Of a stretch of 64,000 nucleotides of DNA, positions 9,620-17,862 are shown piece by piece. The DNA is from Candidatus Pacearchaeota archaeon (GTDB lineage Archaea > Nanobdellota > Nanobdellia > Pacearchaeales > GW2011-AR1): NCBI GenBank assembly GCA_050124795.1, contig JASFEO010000003.1:5605-69604 (forward strand), read 5' to 3'. How positions within the stretch are numbered: the stretch's first letter is position 1; each line of letters starts with the position of its first letter. A program made the translations under genes and the position numbers. The notes under the pieces are model-generated. The model was not told the origin of the DNA. It made no database searches and was given only the letters and a program-made list of their open reading frames with translations.

Positions 9620-10564
9620 ATGGAATTTGTTAAGGATTTTAAGTGGAGTGAAAATATGTCTGTGTCTGAATGTGTCGACGCATTTGGGAATTTAGGTTAT
9701 CAGGCACTTGAGCTTAATGAAGCTGAGAAAGTTGTTTTGAAGATGAAAAAAAATGGCGCTAAAATTTTTCTTACATTTACTTCAAACATGGTCACTTCTG
9801 GCTTAAGAGGTTTTTTTGCGCAGCTTTGCAAATTAAAACTGCCAAATATTTTGGTTACAACTTCAGGAAGTATTGAAGAAGATATTATGAAAGCAATTGG
9901 CGAGGATTTTGAAGTTTCAAGTTTTAATGCAGATGATGTCGAAATGCATGAGAAGGGAGAAAACAGAATTGGAAATTTGGCAATTAGAAGTGAAAGTTAT
10001 ATGAAGTTTGAAGATTTAATGAGAGAATATTTAGAAAAAGTATATGAGAAGAAAAAAAGAATTTCTGTTTCAGAATTATTATATGAAATTGGGCTAATGT
10101 TAAAAGATGAAAATTCAATTCTTTATCAGGCTGCGAAAAACAACATTCCGATTTATTGCCCTGGAATTGCTGACTCAAGTTTTGGTTTTCAGTTATTTAT
10201 GTTTCAGCAAAATCACAGTGACTTTGTCGTCGATACAATTCTTGACATGCAGAGAGTTGTGACTGATTTAAGTTTTGATGAAAAAAAGGGTCTGATTTCT
10301 TTGGGGGGTAGCACTTCAAAACATTATGCAGTTTTTTCTGCGCTTTTATCAGGGGGTTTTGATTATGCAGTTTACATGACAACTTCGCACGCATCCTCAG
10401 GAAGTTTTTCAGGCGCAACAACTCAGGAAGCAAAATCATGGGGAAAAATAAAAGATGATGCAGAAGCAGCAACAGTAAACGGGGATGTGACAATTACTTT
10501 TCCTTTAATGATGTGCAGTGTTTTGGATAAGTTAAATGAGGAAGGGATTTTGGAAGATGAATAA
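9620..10564 (+). CDS. dys: Deoxyhypusine synthase
   Basis: KIFLTFTSNMVTSGLRG..., GENRIGNLAI, ISLGGSTSKHYAV, size 314 aa; consistent with DHS (NAD/spermidine-dependent) family. Confidence 0.8.
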   Translation: MEFVKDFKWSENMSVSECVDAFGNLGYQALELNEAEKVVLKMKKNGAKIFLTFTSNMVTSGLRGFFAQLCKLKLPNILVTTSGSIEEDIMKAIGEDFEVSSFNADDVEMHEKGENRIGNLAIRSESYMKFEDLMREYLEKVYEKKKRISVSELLYEIGLMLKDENSILYQAAKNNIPIYCPGIADSSFGFQLFMFQQNHSDFVVDTILDMQRVVTDLSFDEKKGLISLGGSTSKHYAVFSALLSGGFDYAVYMTTSHASSGSFSGATTQEAKSWGKIKDDAEAATVNGDVTITFPLMMCSVLDKLNEEGILEDE

Positions 10565-11147
10565 AGGAATTATAATTACTTGCCCAGGAAAAGGAATCTA
10601 CCAGGGACTGTCTGAAAGAAAAATTGCAGAGGTTTATACTAAAATGGCGTCAGATGATTTTGATAAGTTTGTTGGGTTCAGCGAGTCTTATGCAAATTCA
10701 GAAGCAACAGAAAATCCGGATTTGGAAAGAGAAATACATGAAAAAGAAGGGAGAAAAATAATTTTAGGAACTTTTGCAAGACAGCCTTTGTTAAATGTCG
10801 GGGATGTTGATGCAAGAGGTTTTATTTCTTCAAGTTATATTTTTAACCCATCTTATAATTCCAAAAATTTATGGCTGCCTGATTTAGAAGTTGTTTCGTT
10901 TAGAGGAGAAAATAAAAATAAATTAAGAGATATTCTTTATAATATGGTGGAATTTTATTCTGGATACAATTGGAATACAATTATTTGTAATGATTTTAAA
11001 AATAAAGAAAAATTTGGATTTCAGATTCAGAATAAAAATAGAGGATTTGCCCACGCCAGAGCTCCAAAGTTAGAAGCTATTGCAAAGAGAGCAGAGAGTA
11101 TAGGATATGATTTAGAAAAACTTTTTTTTACTCAAGATAAATCTTAA
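10557..11147 (+). CDS. Hypothetical protein (196 aa) between deoxyhypusine synthase and a PLP decarboxylase; start overlaps dys stop (ATGAATAA)
   Basis: MNKGIIITCPGKGIYQGLSERKIAEVY...; no recognised motif; operon context. Confidence 0.5.
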   Translation: MNKGIIITCPGKGIYQGLSERKIAEVYTKMASDDFDKFVGFSESYANSEATENPDLEREIHEKEGRKIILGTFARQPLLNVGDVDARGFISSSYIFNPSYNSKNLWLPDLEVVSFRGENKNKLRDILYNMVEFYSGYNWNTIICNDFKNKEKFGFQIQNKNRGFAHARAPKLEAIAKRAESIGYDLEKLFFTQDKS

Positions 11148-11148
11148 A

Positions 11149-12192
11149 ATGACACAACCTAAATTCATCCTATCAAAAAGTAAATTAATTTCTCAAGTAA
11201 AAAAATTAAAAGATTTAGATTTAGAAATTTCTTATTCATATAAAACAAATAAAGAGGTTGGAAAAGTTTTGCAGGATTTAAGTGATGTGGATTTTTCAAT
11301 TCATGCTAGAGAAGAGTTTGAGGATATTAAGGATAAGAAAAAGATTTGGTTTTTTACTCAGGCCCAAAGTAGAATTGAGTTTTCTGAGATTTTAGATATT
11401 GGGATTAAAAATTTTGTAATTGATAATGAAATTGATTTGGAAAACTTATTAAAAGTTTGTGAGGAGAAGAGAGTTAAAATTAATCTTTCTTTAAGAATGA
11501 AATTTCGTGAACATAGAATTGGAACAGGTAAATATTTTGTTTATGGAATGAATTCAAAAAGAGTAAATGAAATAATTTTAAGAATTAAGGATAATAAATT
11601 TATTGAAAAACTTGGAGTTCACATTCACAGAAAAAGCCAGAATACAAGTGAATGGGAAATTAAAAGGGAGATAATTGATTCTTTAAATAAAGAAAGTTTA
11701 GAAGAAATTGATTTTTTAAATTTAGGCGGGGGCCTTCCAACTAAATATAAAAGTTATAATTTAAAGGCAATGGATTATATATTTGAAAAAATAAAAGAAA
11801 CAAGAGATTTTTTAAAAGAAAATAATATTGAAACTTTTATTGAGCCTGGAAGATTTTTTGCCTCTCCCTCAATAAAACTTGTTACAGAAATTATTCAGAT
11901 TCAGGAAAAAAATATTATAATTAATACAACAATTTATAATTGTGCTCTTGATACACTTTTGACTGGAACTAAGATGCTTGTTGAAGGAGAATTAGAGGAT
12001 AATAAAGAGGGAGAATATTTTTTAATTAAAGGAAATTCTCCGACAAGAGATGATATATTTCGTTATAAGGTTAGGTTAAAGAATCCTAAGATTGGAGATA
12101 AAATTATTTTTTTAAATGCAGGAGCATATAATTATACAACTGATTTTTTTGGGTATAGGAAAATAAAAATTTTCCTTCAAGAAAGTTTTTAG
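11149..12192 (+). CDS. PLP-dependent fold-III (alanine-racemase-like) decarboxylase, ornithine/arginine/lysine decarboxylase family
   Basis: SYSYKTN (PLP-lysine region YA.KAN-like), EPGRFF (EPGR motif), NAGAYNYT (GAY motif); 347 aa. Confidence 0.7.
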   Translation: MTQPKFILSKSKLISQVKKLKDLDLEISYSYKTNKEVGKVLQDLSDVDFSIHAREEFEDIKDKKKIWFFTQAQSRIEFSEILDIGIKNFVIDNEIDLENLLKVCEEKRVKINLSLRMKFREHRIGTGKYFVYGMNSKRVNEIILRIKDNKFIEKLGVHIHRKSQNTSEWEIKREIIDSLNKESLEEIDFLNLGGGLPTKYKSYNLKAMDYIFEKIKETRDFLKENNIETFIEPGRFFASPSIKLVTEIIQIQEKNIIINTTIYNCALDTLLTGTKMLVEGELEDNKEGEYFLIKGNSPTRDDIFRYKVRLKNPKIGDKIIFLNAGAYNYTTDFFGYRKIKIFLQESF

Positions 12193-12231
12193 GGATGTGC
12201 GGAATAATTAAAAAACTCCTTCAGAATCATA

Positions 12232-13005
12232 TTATCTCGCAAGCGCCTTCCTTTGAGGAGCAGTTTTGCCTTTTGCTTTGCCTCCGCTCTCGTGCTTCAT
12301 TTGTTTCGCAGCCTGCTTTTCAATTTTCTTTCCCTCTTCTTTAACTGCCTTCTTTTTTTCCTCAGCTTCTTTTGCTTCTTCACGAGTTTCCTTTTTTTCA
12401 GTTTTAGCTTCTTTTGCTTTTTGCATTAAACCTTTTTTCTTTCCTGCAGATTCAACTGCTTTTTGCTCACGCTTTAATTCTCTTCCTCTTCTTAAACTAA
12501 TTTTCTTTGGAACATCAACAAGTTCAACACGAACAACTTCACCGTCCATAAAAGCTTTCACCTTAACTTTATGCGGGGGATTCTTAATTCCTCTGTGCCA
12601 AATAAATTCATTAATTGATTTTTCAAGTTTGATTTTTTTCAGGTCTTTATCATAAATTTTCATATGGCGAACTAAAAATTCTTTTATTGTCTTGATTGCT
12701 TTAGGTGATTTTTTATATCGTGGAGCAGGACGAACTTTATCACGAATTGGAATTGTAAATTCCTTATATTCTTTAGGAGTCTCGGTTGCTTTTTTAATTT
12801 TGTCTGTAGAAATTTTTTCTTTAATCTCTTTTTCAACTTCTTTTAACTTTTCTTTAGTTTCTTTTTTCTCTTCAACTTTTTCTTCAACTTTTGGTTCTTT
12901 GATTTCCTTATTTTCTTTTGGAGTTTCAACTTCTTTTCTTTCTATTTCTTTTTCCATTTTCTTTTCTTCTTTTTTTTGATTAGTCATTTGTTTTTCTTGC
13001 GGCAT
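12232..13005 (-). CDS. rpl31e: Ribosomal protein eL31 with long Lys/Glu-rich N- and C-terminal extensions
   Basis: Core FTIPIRDKVRPAPRYKKSPKAIKTIKEFLVRHMK...DLKKIKLEKSINEFIWHRGIKNPPHKVKVKAFMDGEVVRVELV matches eL31; flanked by ~70 aa and ~90 aa K/E-rich low-complexity. Confidence 0.78.
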   Translation of the reverse strand: MPQEKQMTNQKKEEKKMEKEIERKEVETPKENKEIKEPKVEEKVEEKKETKEKLKEVEKEIKEKISTDKIKKATETPKEYKEFTIPIRDKVRPAPRYKKSPKAIKTIKEFLVRHMKIYDKDLKKIKLEKSINEFIWHRGIKNPPHKVKVKAFMDGEVVRVELVDVPKKISLRRGRELKREQKAVESAGKKKGLMQKAKEAKTEKKETREEAKEAEEKKKAVKEEGKKIEKQAAKQMKHESGGKAKGKTAPQRKALAR

Positions 13006-13012
13006 ATTCTAA

Positions 13013-13216
13013 TTATCCAAAGTGTGATTTTTTTTGCTTGCGCGGTTTCACATGCAATTTAGTTCTTTTCCATGAACGCCTGTGTTTTGTCATGCTCGAC
13101 GGATGAATTCTTTTCCCCATTCCATATTTTTTCAAAACAGCCCAAACCGGCGCCCACTTAGTTTGCCTTGCTTTTTTTGCAAGAGTTGCTTTTTTTTGTT
13201 GATTTTTAATTCCCAT
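13013..13216 (-). CDS. rpl39e: Ribosomal protein eL39
   Basis: KKATLAKKARQTKWAPVWAVLKKYGMGKRIHPSSMTKHRRSWKRTKL. Confidence 0.8.
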   Translation of the reverse strand: MGIKNQQKKATLAKKARQTKWAPVWAVLKKYGMGKRIHPSSMTKHRRSWKRTKLHVKPRKQKKSHFG

Positions 13217-13565
13217 TTGAATCTCCTAAAAGATCATTTAATTGTGAATATGCATCGCTCAGAACAAAGGGATCCCCTGAAACAAGTACTGCAAGTAAAT
13301 TATCTTTTTCAGAATCATAACCCCCCCAAATATCTTTCACCCCCTCTTCAAATACCCCAAGAATCGCAGCACCCTCATCTGATCCTCGCTTATGAAAGGT
13401 AATTCCCTTGGGATGCAATTTATAATGATGTGCCCCCCTATACTTATGGATATAATGAATCTTAGTAGGTTCTTTAAGGTTAGATGATTCTCTATTTAAT
13501 TTATTTAAATCTTTCTGGGTTAACCTAAGAATCATTTCATTTTTTTCCTCAGTTTTAATTCTCAT
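13206..13565 (-). CDS. Hypothetical protein, tandem paralog A (119 aa) between eL39 and eS19
   Basis: Shares RLTQ.DL.KL and SGD...L..AYSQL..LL motifs with the adjacent ORF 13562-13891. Confidence 0.5.
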   Translation of the reverse strand: MRIKTEEKNEMILRLTQKDLNKLNRESSNLKEPTKIHYIHKYRGAHHYKLHPKGITFHKRGSDEGAAILGVFEEGVKDIWGGYDSEKDNLLAVLVSGDPFVLSDAYSQLNDLLGDSNGN

Positions 13566-13891
13566 TTTACTTCCTCCAAAATACTTTTTAACTGTGAATA
13601 TGCATTTTGTAAAAGAGACTTGTCTCCTGAAGAAAGTATAGCTATCTGATTATTGTATTCAGAATAATCCTCATCTCTATGTGGGTTCCCACAACCAATC
13701 CCCCAAATTTCTAATCCTACTTTTTTATTTCCTAAAAACAAATTATAATAATCCTTATTTCTATAAAGATTGAGATATTGAATTGATACCTTTCCTTCTG
13801 AACTTTCAGGAGTTAACCCAACTAATTTTTCCAAATCATTCTGGGTTAATCTAAATTTTATTTCACTCTTCTGAATATTTTCAGTTCTCAT
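13562..13891 (-). CDS. Hypothetical protein, tandem paralog B (109 aa)
   Basis: Paralogous to 13206-13565; 4-nt overlaps on both sides. Confidence 0.5.
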   Translation of the reverse strand: MRTENIQKSEIKFRLTQNDLEKLVGLTPESSEGKVSIQYLNLYRNKDYYNLFLGNKKVGLEIWGIGCGNPHRDEDYSEYNNQIAILSSGDKSLLQNAYSQLKSILEEVK

Positions 13892-14355
13892 TTTACTTCC
13901 TCCAAAAACTTCTTGCCTTTTTCAGTTAATTGCCTTCCTGGTCTTCGGCTTCTTACATTTTTTATGTCTTTTGCAATTTCAGTAAAACCTGCTTTGTCTG
14001 CTTGCTGCAAAATTGTTCTGATTATTTTCCCGCCTGCACGCTGGAATTTTTCAGGTCTGAATCCTCGGTTTTTTCGGCTTCCGTATTTTGTTCTAAGTCT
14101 GTTAACTCCGACAATTTTCTTTTTGTAAATTTGCCTTAAAATACTTGCAGCTCTCTTGTGCCAAAAGTCAGGGTCATCAATTGGCCTTTCTTTCGACGGA
14201 GAAGATTTAACAAACTTTGCCCATTCAGGTTCCTCAAACTCTGGCAATTTCTTCAAAGCATCAGCTAATTTTAAATTATATTCCTGTGCAGGTAAATCAA
14301 ATACACTAATCATCTTAGACATTCCTTTCGGAATTAGATTGAAAACTTGTTTCAT
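13888..14355 (-). CDS. rps19e: Ribosomal protein eS19
   Basis: DPDFWHKRAASILRQIYKKKIVGVNRLRTKYGSRKNRGFRPEKFQRAGGKIIRTILQQADKAGF. Confidence 0.85.
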   Translation of the reverse strand: MKQVFNLIPKGMSKMISVFDLPAQEYNLKLADALKKLPEFEEPEWAKFVKSSPSKERPIDDPDFWHKRAASILRQIYKKKIVGVNRLRTKYGSRKNRGFRPEKFQRAGGKIIRTILQQADKAGFTEIAKDIKNVRSRRPGRQLTEKGKKFLEEVK

Positions 14356-14465
14356 TTATCTAATAAAACAGGAAATTTATAGTTTATAAAACTTTTTACT
14401 TTGCAAAAATTTATGTAATTTTAATAACCATAATATTTAAAAACTGTAGTAATTCTAAAATTACA

Positions 14466-14645
14466 ATGGTAAACAAACACAACCTTAAAAATTCTTTTAG
14501 GGCGATTAAGTCTGACATCATGAAGATTGAGGGGGATATCATGAACATCAGAACTCAGCAGGCAGAGATTTTAGTTGAACTTGAAAAACTAACTGCAACA
14601 ACAAAAAAGCCTGTTAAGAAAAAAACTTCTAAAAAAAAGAAATAA
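14466..14645 (+). CDS. Small coiled-coil ORF (59 aa, below track cutoff) MVNKHNLKNSFRAIKSDIMKIEGDIMNIRTQQAEILVELEKLTATTKKPVKKKTSKKKK
   Basis: Hand translation; ATG 14466, TAA 14643-14645; K-rich tail. Confidence 0.25.
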   Translation: MVNKHNLKNSFRAIKSDIMKIEGDIMNIRTQQAEILVELEKLTATTKKPVKKKTSKKKK

Positions 14646-14729
14646 TTTTCTAAGAAAAAGTTGAAGAGAAAATTTTTAAGATTTGAAAGTTTGCAATATA
14701 TTTTAAAACCCCCCTTCCTTTATTTTAGA

Positions 14730-15509
14730 ATGGCAAAACAAATTTTTGTTATAAAAATGAATGGTGATAAAGCGCCTTATGACGAGAACAAATTAAGAAA
14801 TTCCATGCTTCGCGCAGGTGCAAGTGATGAGGCAATTAATCGTGTTTTAAAAAAAGCAAAAGAATTTGTTTATAATGGGATAAAGACAAAAAAACTTTTC
14901 AGATTTGTGTTTAGTGAATTAAAAAAAGAAAAAGGTGTTGCAGGGATAAGGTATAATTTAAAAAATGCAATAATTGATTTGCACATTCGGGGAGCTGGTT
15001 ATACATTTGAGAAATTTATGAAAAGGGTTTTTGATAAAAAAGGGTATGAAACAGAAATTAACAAAACAGTTAATGGAAAATTTATTACTCATGAAATTGA
15101 TATATTAGCGAGAAATAAAAATGAGACTTTGATGATTGAGGCAAAGCACCACACAAGACCATGGCTTGGAGTTGACATAAAAATCGCGCTTTATGTTTAT
15201 GCAAGGTTTCTTGAAGTGAAAAAACATTTTACAAAACCTGAACTTATTACAAATACAAAATTTTCCCCGCAAGTAATTAATTATTCAAAAGGTGTTGGAA
15301 TGAATTTAATGGGATGGAATTATCCTCGGGGGGATAGCTTGATTGAGAATATTGAAAAATATAAAATTTATCCAATAACAATTCTGCCAATGGAAAAAAA
15401 GAAAATTGAATATTATATAAGAAAAGGAATCTTAACACTTGATGAATTAAAAAATGAAAAAGATTTGCCAAATGAGTTAAGAAAAAATATTAATGAAATT
15501 TTAAAATAG
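14730..15509 (+). CDS. ATP-cone domain fused to Mrr-like (PD-D/ExK) restriction endonuclease domain
   Basis: N-term VIKMNGDKAPYDENKLRNSMLRAGASDEAINRVL (ATP-cone pattern); FEKFMKRVFDKKGYETEINKTVNG...HEIDILARNKNETLMIEAKHH (Mrr_cat-like D...E.K core). Confidence 0.6.
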   Translation: MAKQIFVIKMNGDKAPYDENKLRNSMLRAGASDEAINRVLKKAKEFVYNGIKTKKLFRFVFSELKKEKGVAGIRYNLKNAIIDLHIRGAGYTFEKFMKRVFDKKGYETEINKTVNGKFITHEIDILARNKNETLMIEAKHHTRPWLGVDIKIALYVYARFLEVKKHFTKPELITNTKFSPQVINYSKGVGMNLMGWNYPRGDSLIENIEKYKIYPITILPMEKKKIEYYIRKGILTLDELKNEKDLPNELRKNINEILK

Positions 15510-15575
15510 CCGCGCCCGCCAGAAAGAAAAATTTATAACCAAATAATTTAAAAACTAAAATTTGTAGATAATTCA

Positions 15576-16082
15576 ATGGCATTTAAGATTAATATTGCAA
15601 CCAAAGATGGAAAGACTTTTCATATTGAGTCAGATGCAGAAAGTTTAATGGGTAAAGAGCTTCATGATAAAGTTGAAGGTAAAGATATCTCCTCAGACCT
15701 TGAAGGTTATGAATTTGAAATTAGCGGGGCGAGTGATAAATCCGGTTTTACTGCAATGAAAAATGTCGAAGGTATTGGCTTAAAAAAAGTTCTTTTAACT
15801 TATGGCAAGGCAATGAAGACTCGGCCGAAAAAAGAAGGAAAGAAAAAACAGCTTTGCAAAAAACCAAAAGGTTTAAGACTTAGAAAAACTGTTCGCGGGA
15901 AAGTTATTAGTGAAGCTATTATTCAGATTAATTTAAAAATTGTTAAAGAGGGAAAAAAGAAACTTTCTGAAATTTTCCAGGAGCAAAATAATAAAGGTGA
16001 GGCTGTAAAAGAAGTTAAGGCTGAAGAAAAAGTTGAAGAGAAAAAAGAAAGTGAAACACCTAAGGAAGAGAAGAAAGAATAA
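15576..16082 (+). CDS. rps6e: Ribosomal protein eS6 with K/E-rich C-terminal tail
   Basis: FKINIATKDGKTFHIESD...GYEFEISGASDKSGFTAMKNVEGIGLKKVLLTYG...RKTVRGKVISEAIIQINLKIV. Confidence 0.8.
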   Translation: MAFKINIATKDGKTFHIESDAESLMGKELHDKVEGKDISSDLEGYEFEISGASDKSGFTAMKNVEGIGLKKVLLTYGKAMKTRPKKEGKKKQLCKKPKGLRLRKTVRGKVISEAIIQINLKIVKEGKKKLSEIFQEQNNKGEAVKEVKAEEKVEEKKESETPKEEKKE

Positions 16083-16552
16083 CAAACTAATTTTTTAATC
16101 AACCGATCAATAAATTCATCTTGTCCTGAAATTAATTTTTCTTTTGCTTTTTTAATTTCAAAATAATCTGCTTTGTCAACTTCAGGAATTTTTATTTTTT
16201 TGCCTGTAAAATTATCTTTAATTTCTATAAAATTTTGCTTCATTAAAATCCCCTTCCAGAAATTTTCTTTGTCTTCAATTGCCCAAGCAAGAATTTTTTT
16301 CCAGGATTTTTGTTTTACTTCTCCTAAAAAAATATACCTCTCTTTTTCTTTTGGCAACTTAATTCCTGTTTCTTCATTAACTTCTTTTATCGCCCTTGAC
16401 AAATCATTTTCTCCGTCGTTAATTTCTCCCTTGGGGATGCTCCAAACACCAAGATCTTTATTTTTCCAAAATGGTCCGCCCGGATGAACAATAAAAACTT
16501 TTAATTTATTCTCAACAAATTTATACATTAAAATTCCTGCTGATTTTTTCAT
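15923..16552 (-). CDS. NUDIX hydrolase (C-terminal ~55 aa is S/F-rich and lies antisense to the eS6 K/E tail; true stop uncertain)
   Basis: SAGILMYKF...VFIVHPGGPFWKNKDLGVWSIPKGEINDGENDLSRAIKEVNEETGIK (Nudix box G.x5.E.x7.REVxEETG-like). Confidence 0.6.
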   Translation of the reverse strand: MKKSAGILMYKFVENKLKVFIVHPGGPFWKNKDLGVWSIPKGEINDGENDLSRAIKEVNEETGIKLPKEKERYIFLGEVKQKSWKKILAWAIEDKENFWKGILMKQNFIEIKDNFTGKKIKIPEVDKADYFEIKKAKEKLISGQDEFIDRLIKKLVCYSFFSSLGVSLSFFSSTFSSALTSFTASPLLFCSWKISESFFFPSLTIFKLI

Positions 16553-16637
16553 AAATTCATAAGTAATTAAAGGTTATAAAATTATTTGATATAACTCGCA
16601 ATTCTTCTTAGTCTTCTGTAATTTGTTTCTCCTTCAA

Positions 16638-16856
16638 TTACTTTTTTATCAAGAAAATTGTTTCCTTTTTTCCAGACCATTTAAAACCCTCTGCAAAAAC
16701 GAATTCCCGGAAATTGAATTCCCCATCTCTAATTTTTTTAGTCAATTGATTTGTTGTTTCTCCATTTGCTATATCAATAAAAACTTTTTCAGGATTGACA
16801 AGTTCAATTTCCTGAGGAAAAATTCTTCTATAAAGTTTTTTTAAATATTCATACAT
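16638..16856 (-). CDS. Hypothetical small protein (72 aa)
   Basis: ORF track; more protein-like than overlapping + ORF. Confidence 0.3.
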   Translation of the reverse strand: MYEYLKKLYRRIFPQEIELVNPEKVFIDIANGETTNQLTKKIRDGEFNFREFVFAEGFKWSGKKETIFLIKK

Positions 16857-17069
16857 AATTAATCAAATAAAAGTAGGTTTATAAAAATTTATATAAAACA
16901 TTACAAATCTTCTAAAAGTTCCCGGAGTCTTTCATAAGTTATTATTCCTTGTTCGACATTTGCTTTAATATACTAATCATCACAATTTAACTTATAATGA
17001 ATTTTTATAGCTAATTCTTCACTATTGGGCTTTTTTACTTTGTCATAATTTTCAGGAAATTTGGAATTA

Positions 17070-17594
17070 TCAATTGATTTCATTTTCAAGATTAATGATT
17101 TTTCTAGGAACTTTAAATAATCTTTGTATTTTGCTGAAAATTATATTGGGATGGTTTGGGGTGAGGGTTTTATTGTATAAATTTAACATAAGCACAACAT
17201 CTTCTTCTGCAGCATGATTTGCAAATATGAGGTGAGGAAAATTACTATAATCTGAATAATGAAATATATAAGGATCATTTCTTGCTTTTGGAACTAAACT
17301 TAAATGCTGAAAAAGGGCATATTGAAAATTAGAGTGATTTGATCTGGTCGATTTAAAACTTATTTTGCAGAACCATTTTTTTTCACTGAATTTAATTCCA
17401 TTATTAAACTCTTTGACAATAGGACACAATGAAAACTTTAATGCATCTAATTGAGAATTCATATACAATTCTTTATAAGAATTATGATTAAACTCATCCT
17501 TGCCCCATTCTGGCTTATAGAAAAATTCAGCTTTTTTTATTGCCATATTTTTCATTATAAAAAACATTTTTAAAATTATTGTTTTGGAATTCAA
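17070..17594 (-). CDS. Hypothetical protein (174 aa)
   Basis: ORF track; 4-nt overlap with upstream ORF. Confidence 0.4.
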   Translation of the reverse strand: MNSKTIILKMFFIMKNMAIKKAEFFYKPEWGKDEFNHNSYKELYMNSQLDALKFSLCPIVKEFNNGIKFSEKKWFCKISFKSTRSNHSNFQYALFQHLSLVPKARNDPYIFHYSDYSNFPHLIFANHAAEEDVVLMLNLYNKTLTPNHPNIIFSKIQRLFKVPRKIINLENEIN

Positions 17595-17812
17595 TAATCA
17601 AAAGGATTTCCCCCGCCAAACAATATCTCAGGAGTTTTGTCATTTATGATTTCTTTTGGGACTCCATATTTTTTATTATACAATGTATCAACTGAACAAA
17701 ACAGAGCATCATTATAATCAAGTCCCAATTTTTCTGCCCCGATTTCTTTTAATTTTTTTCTAATTTCGTCTTTATCTATATTTGTAAATGTCGCTTCATA
17801 TTCAATTTCCAT
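17591..17812 (-). CDS. Hypothetical protein (73 aa)
   Basis: ORF track. Confidence 0.35.
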   Translation of the reverse strand: MEIEYEATFTNIDKDEIRKKLKEIGAEKLGLDYNDALFCSVDTLYNKKYGVPKEIINDKTPEILFGGGNPFDY

Positions 17813-17831
17813 AAAAAGATTATCTTAATAA

Positions 17832-17842
17832 CTTTTAAAAAG
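17832..17842 (+). promoter_or_regulatory. TATA-like box (CTTTTAAAAAG) ~26 nt upstream of aIF2-gamma ATG; leaderless
   Basis: Motif and spacing. Confidence 0.4.
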
Positions 17843-17862
17843 TCTTTGTTCAATCTATTTTT

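Noticed and set aside
12266-12979. Long plus-strand S/F/L-rich ORFs (129 aa and 95 aa)
   Set aside because: They lie antisense to the GAA/AAG-rich eL31 K/E extensions. They are open only because TTC/CTT repeats lack stop codons, and their composition is not protein-like.
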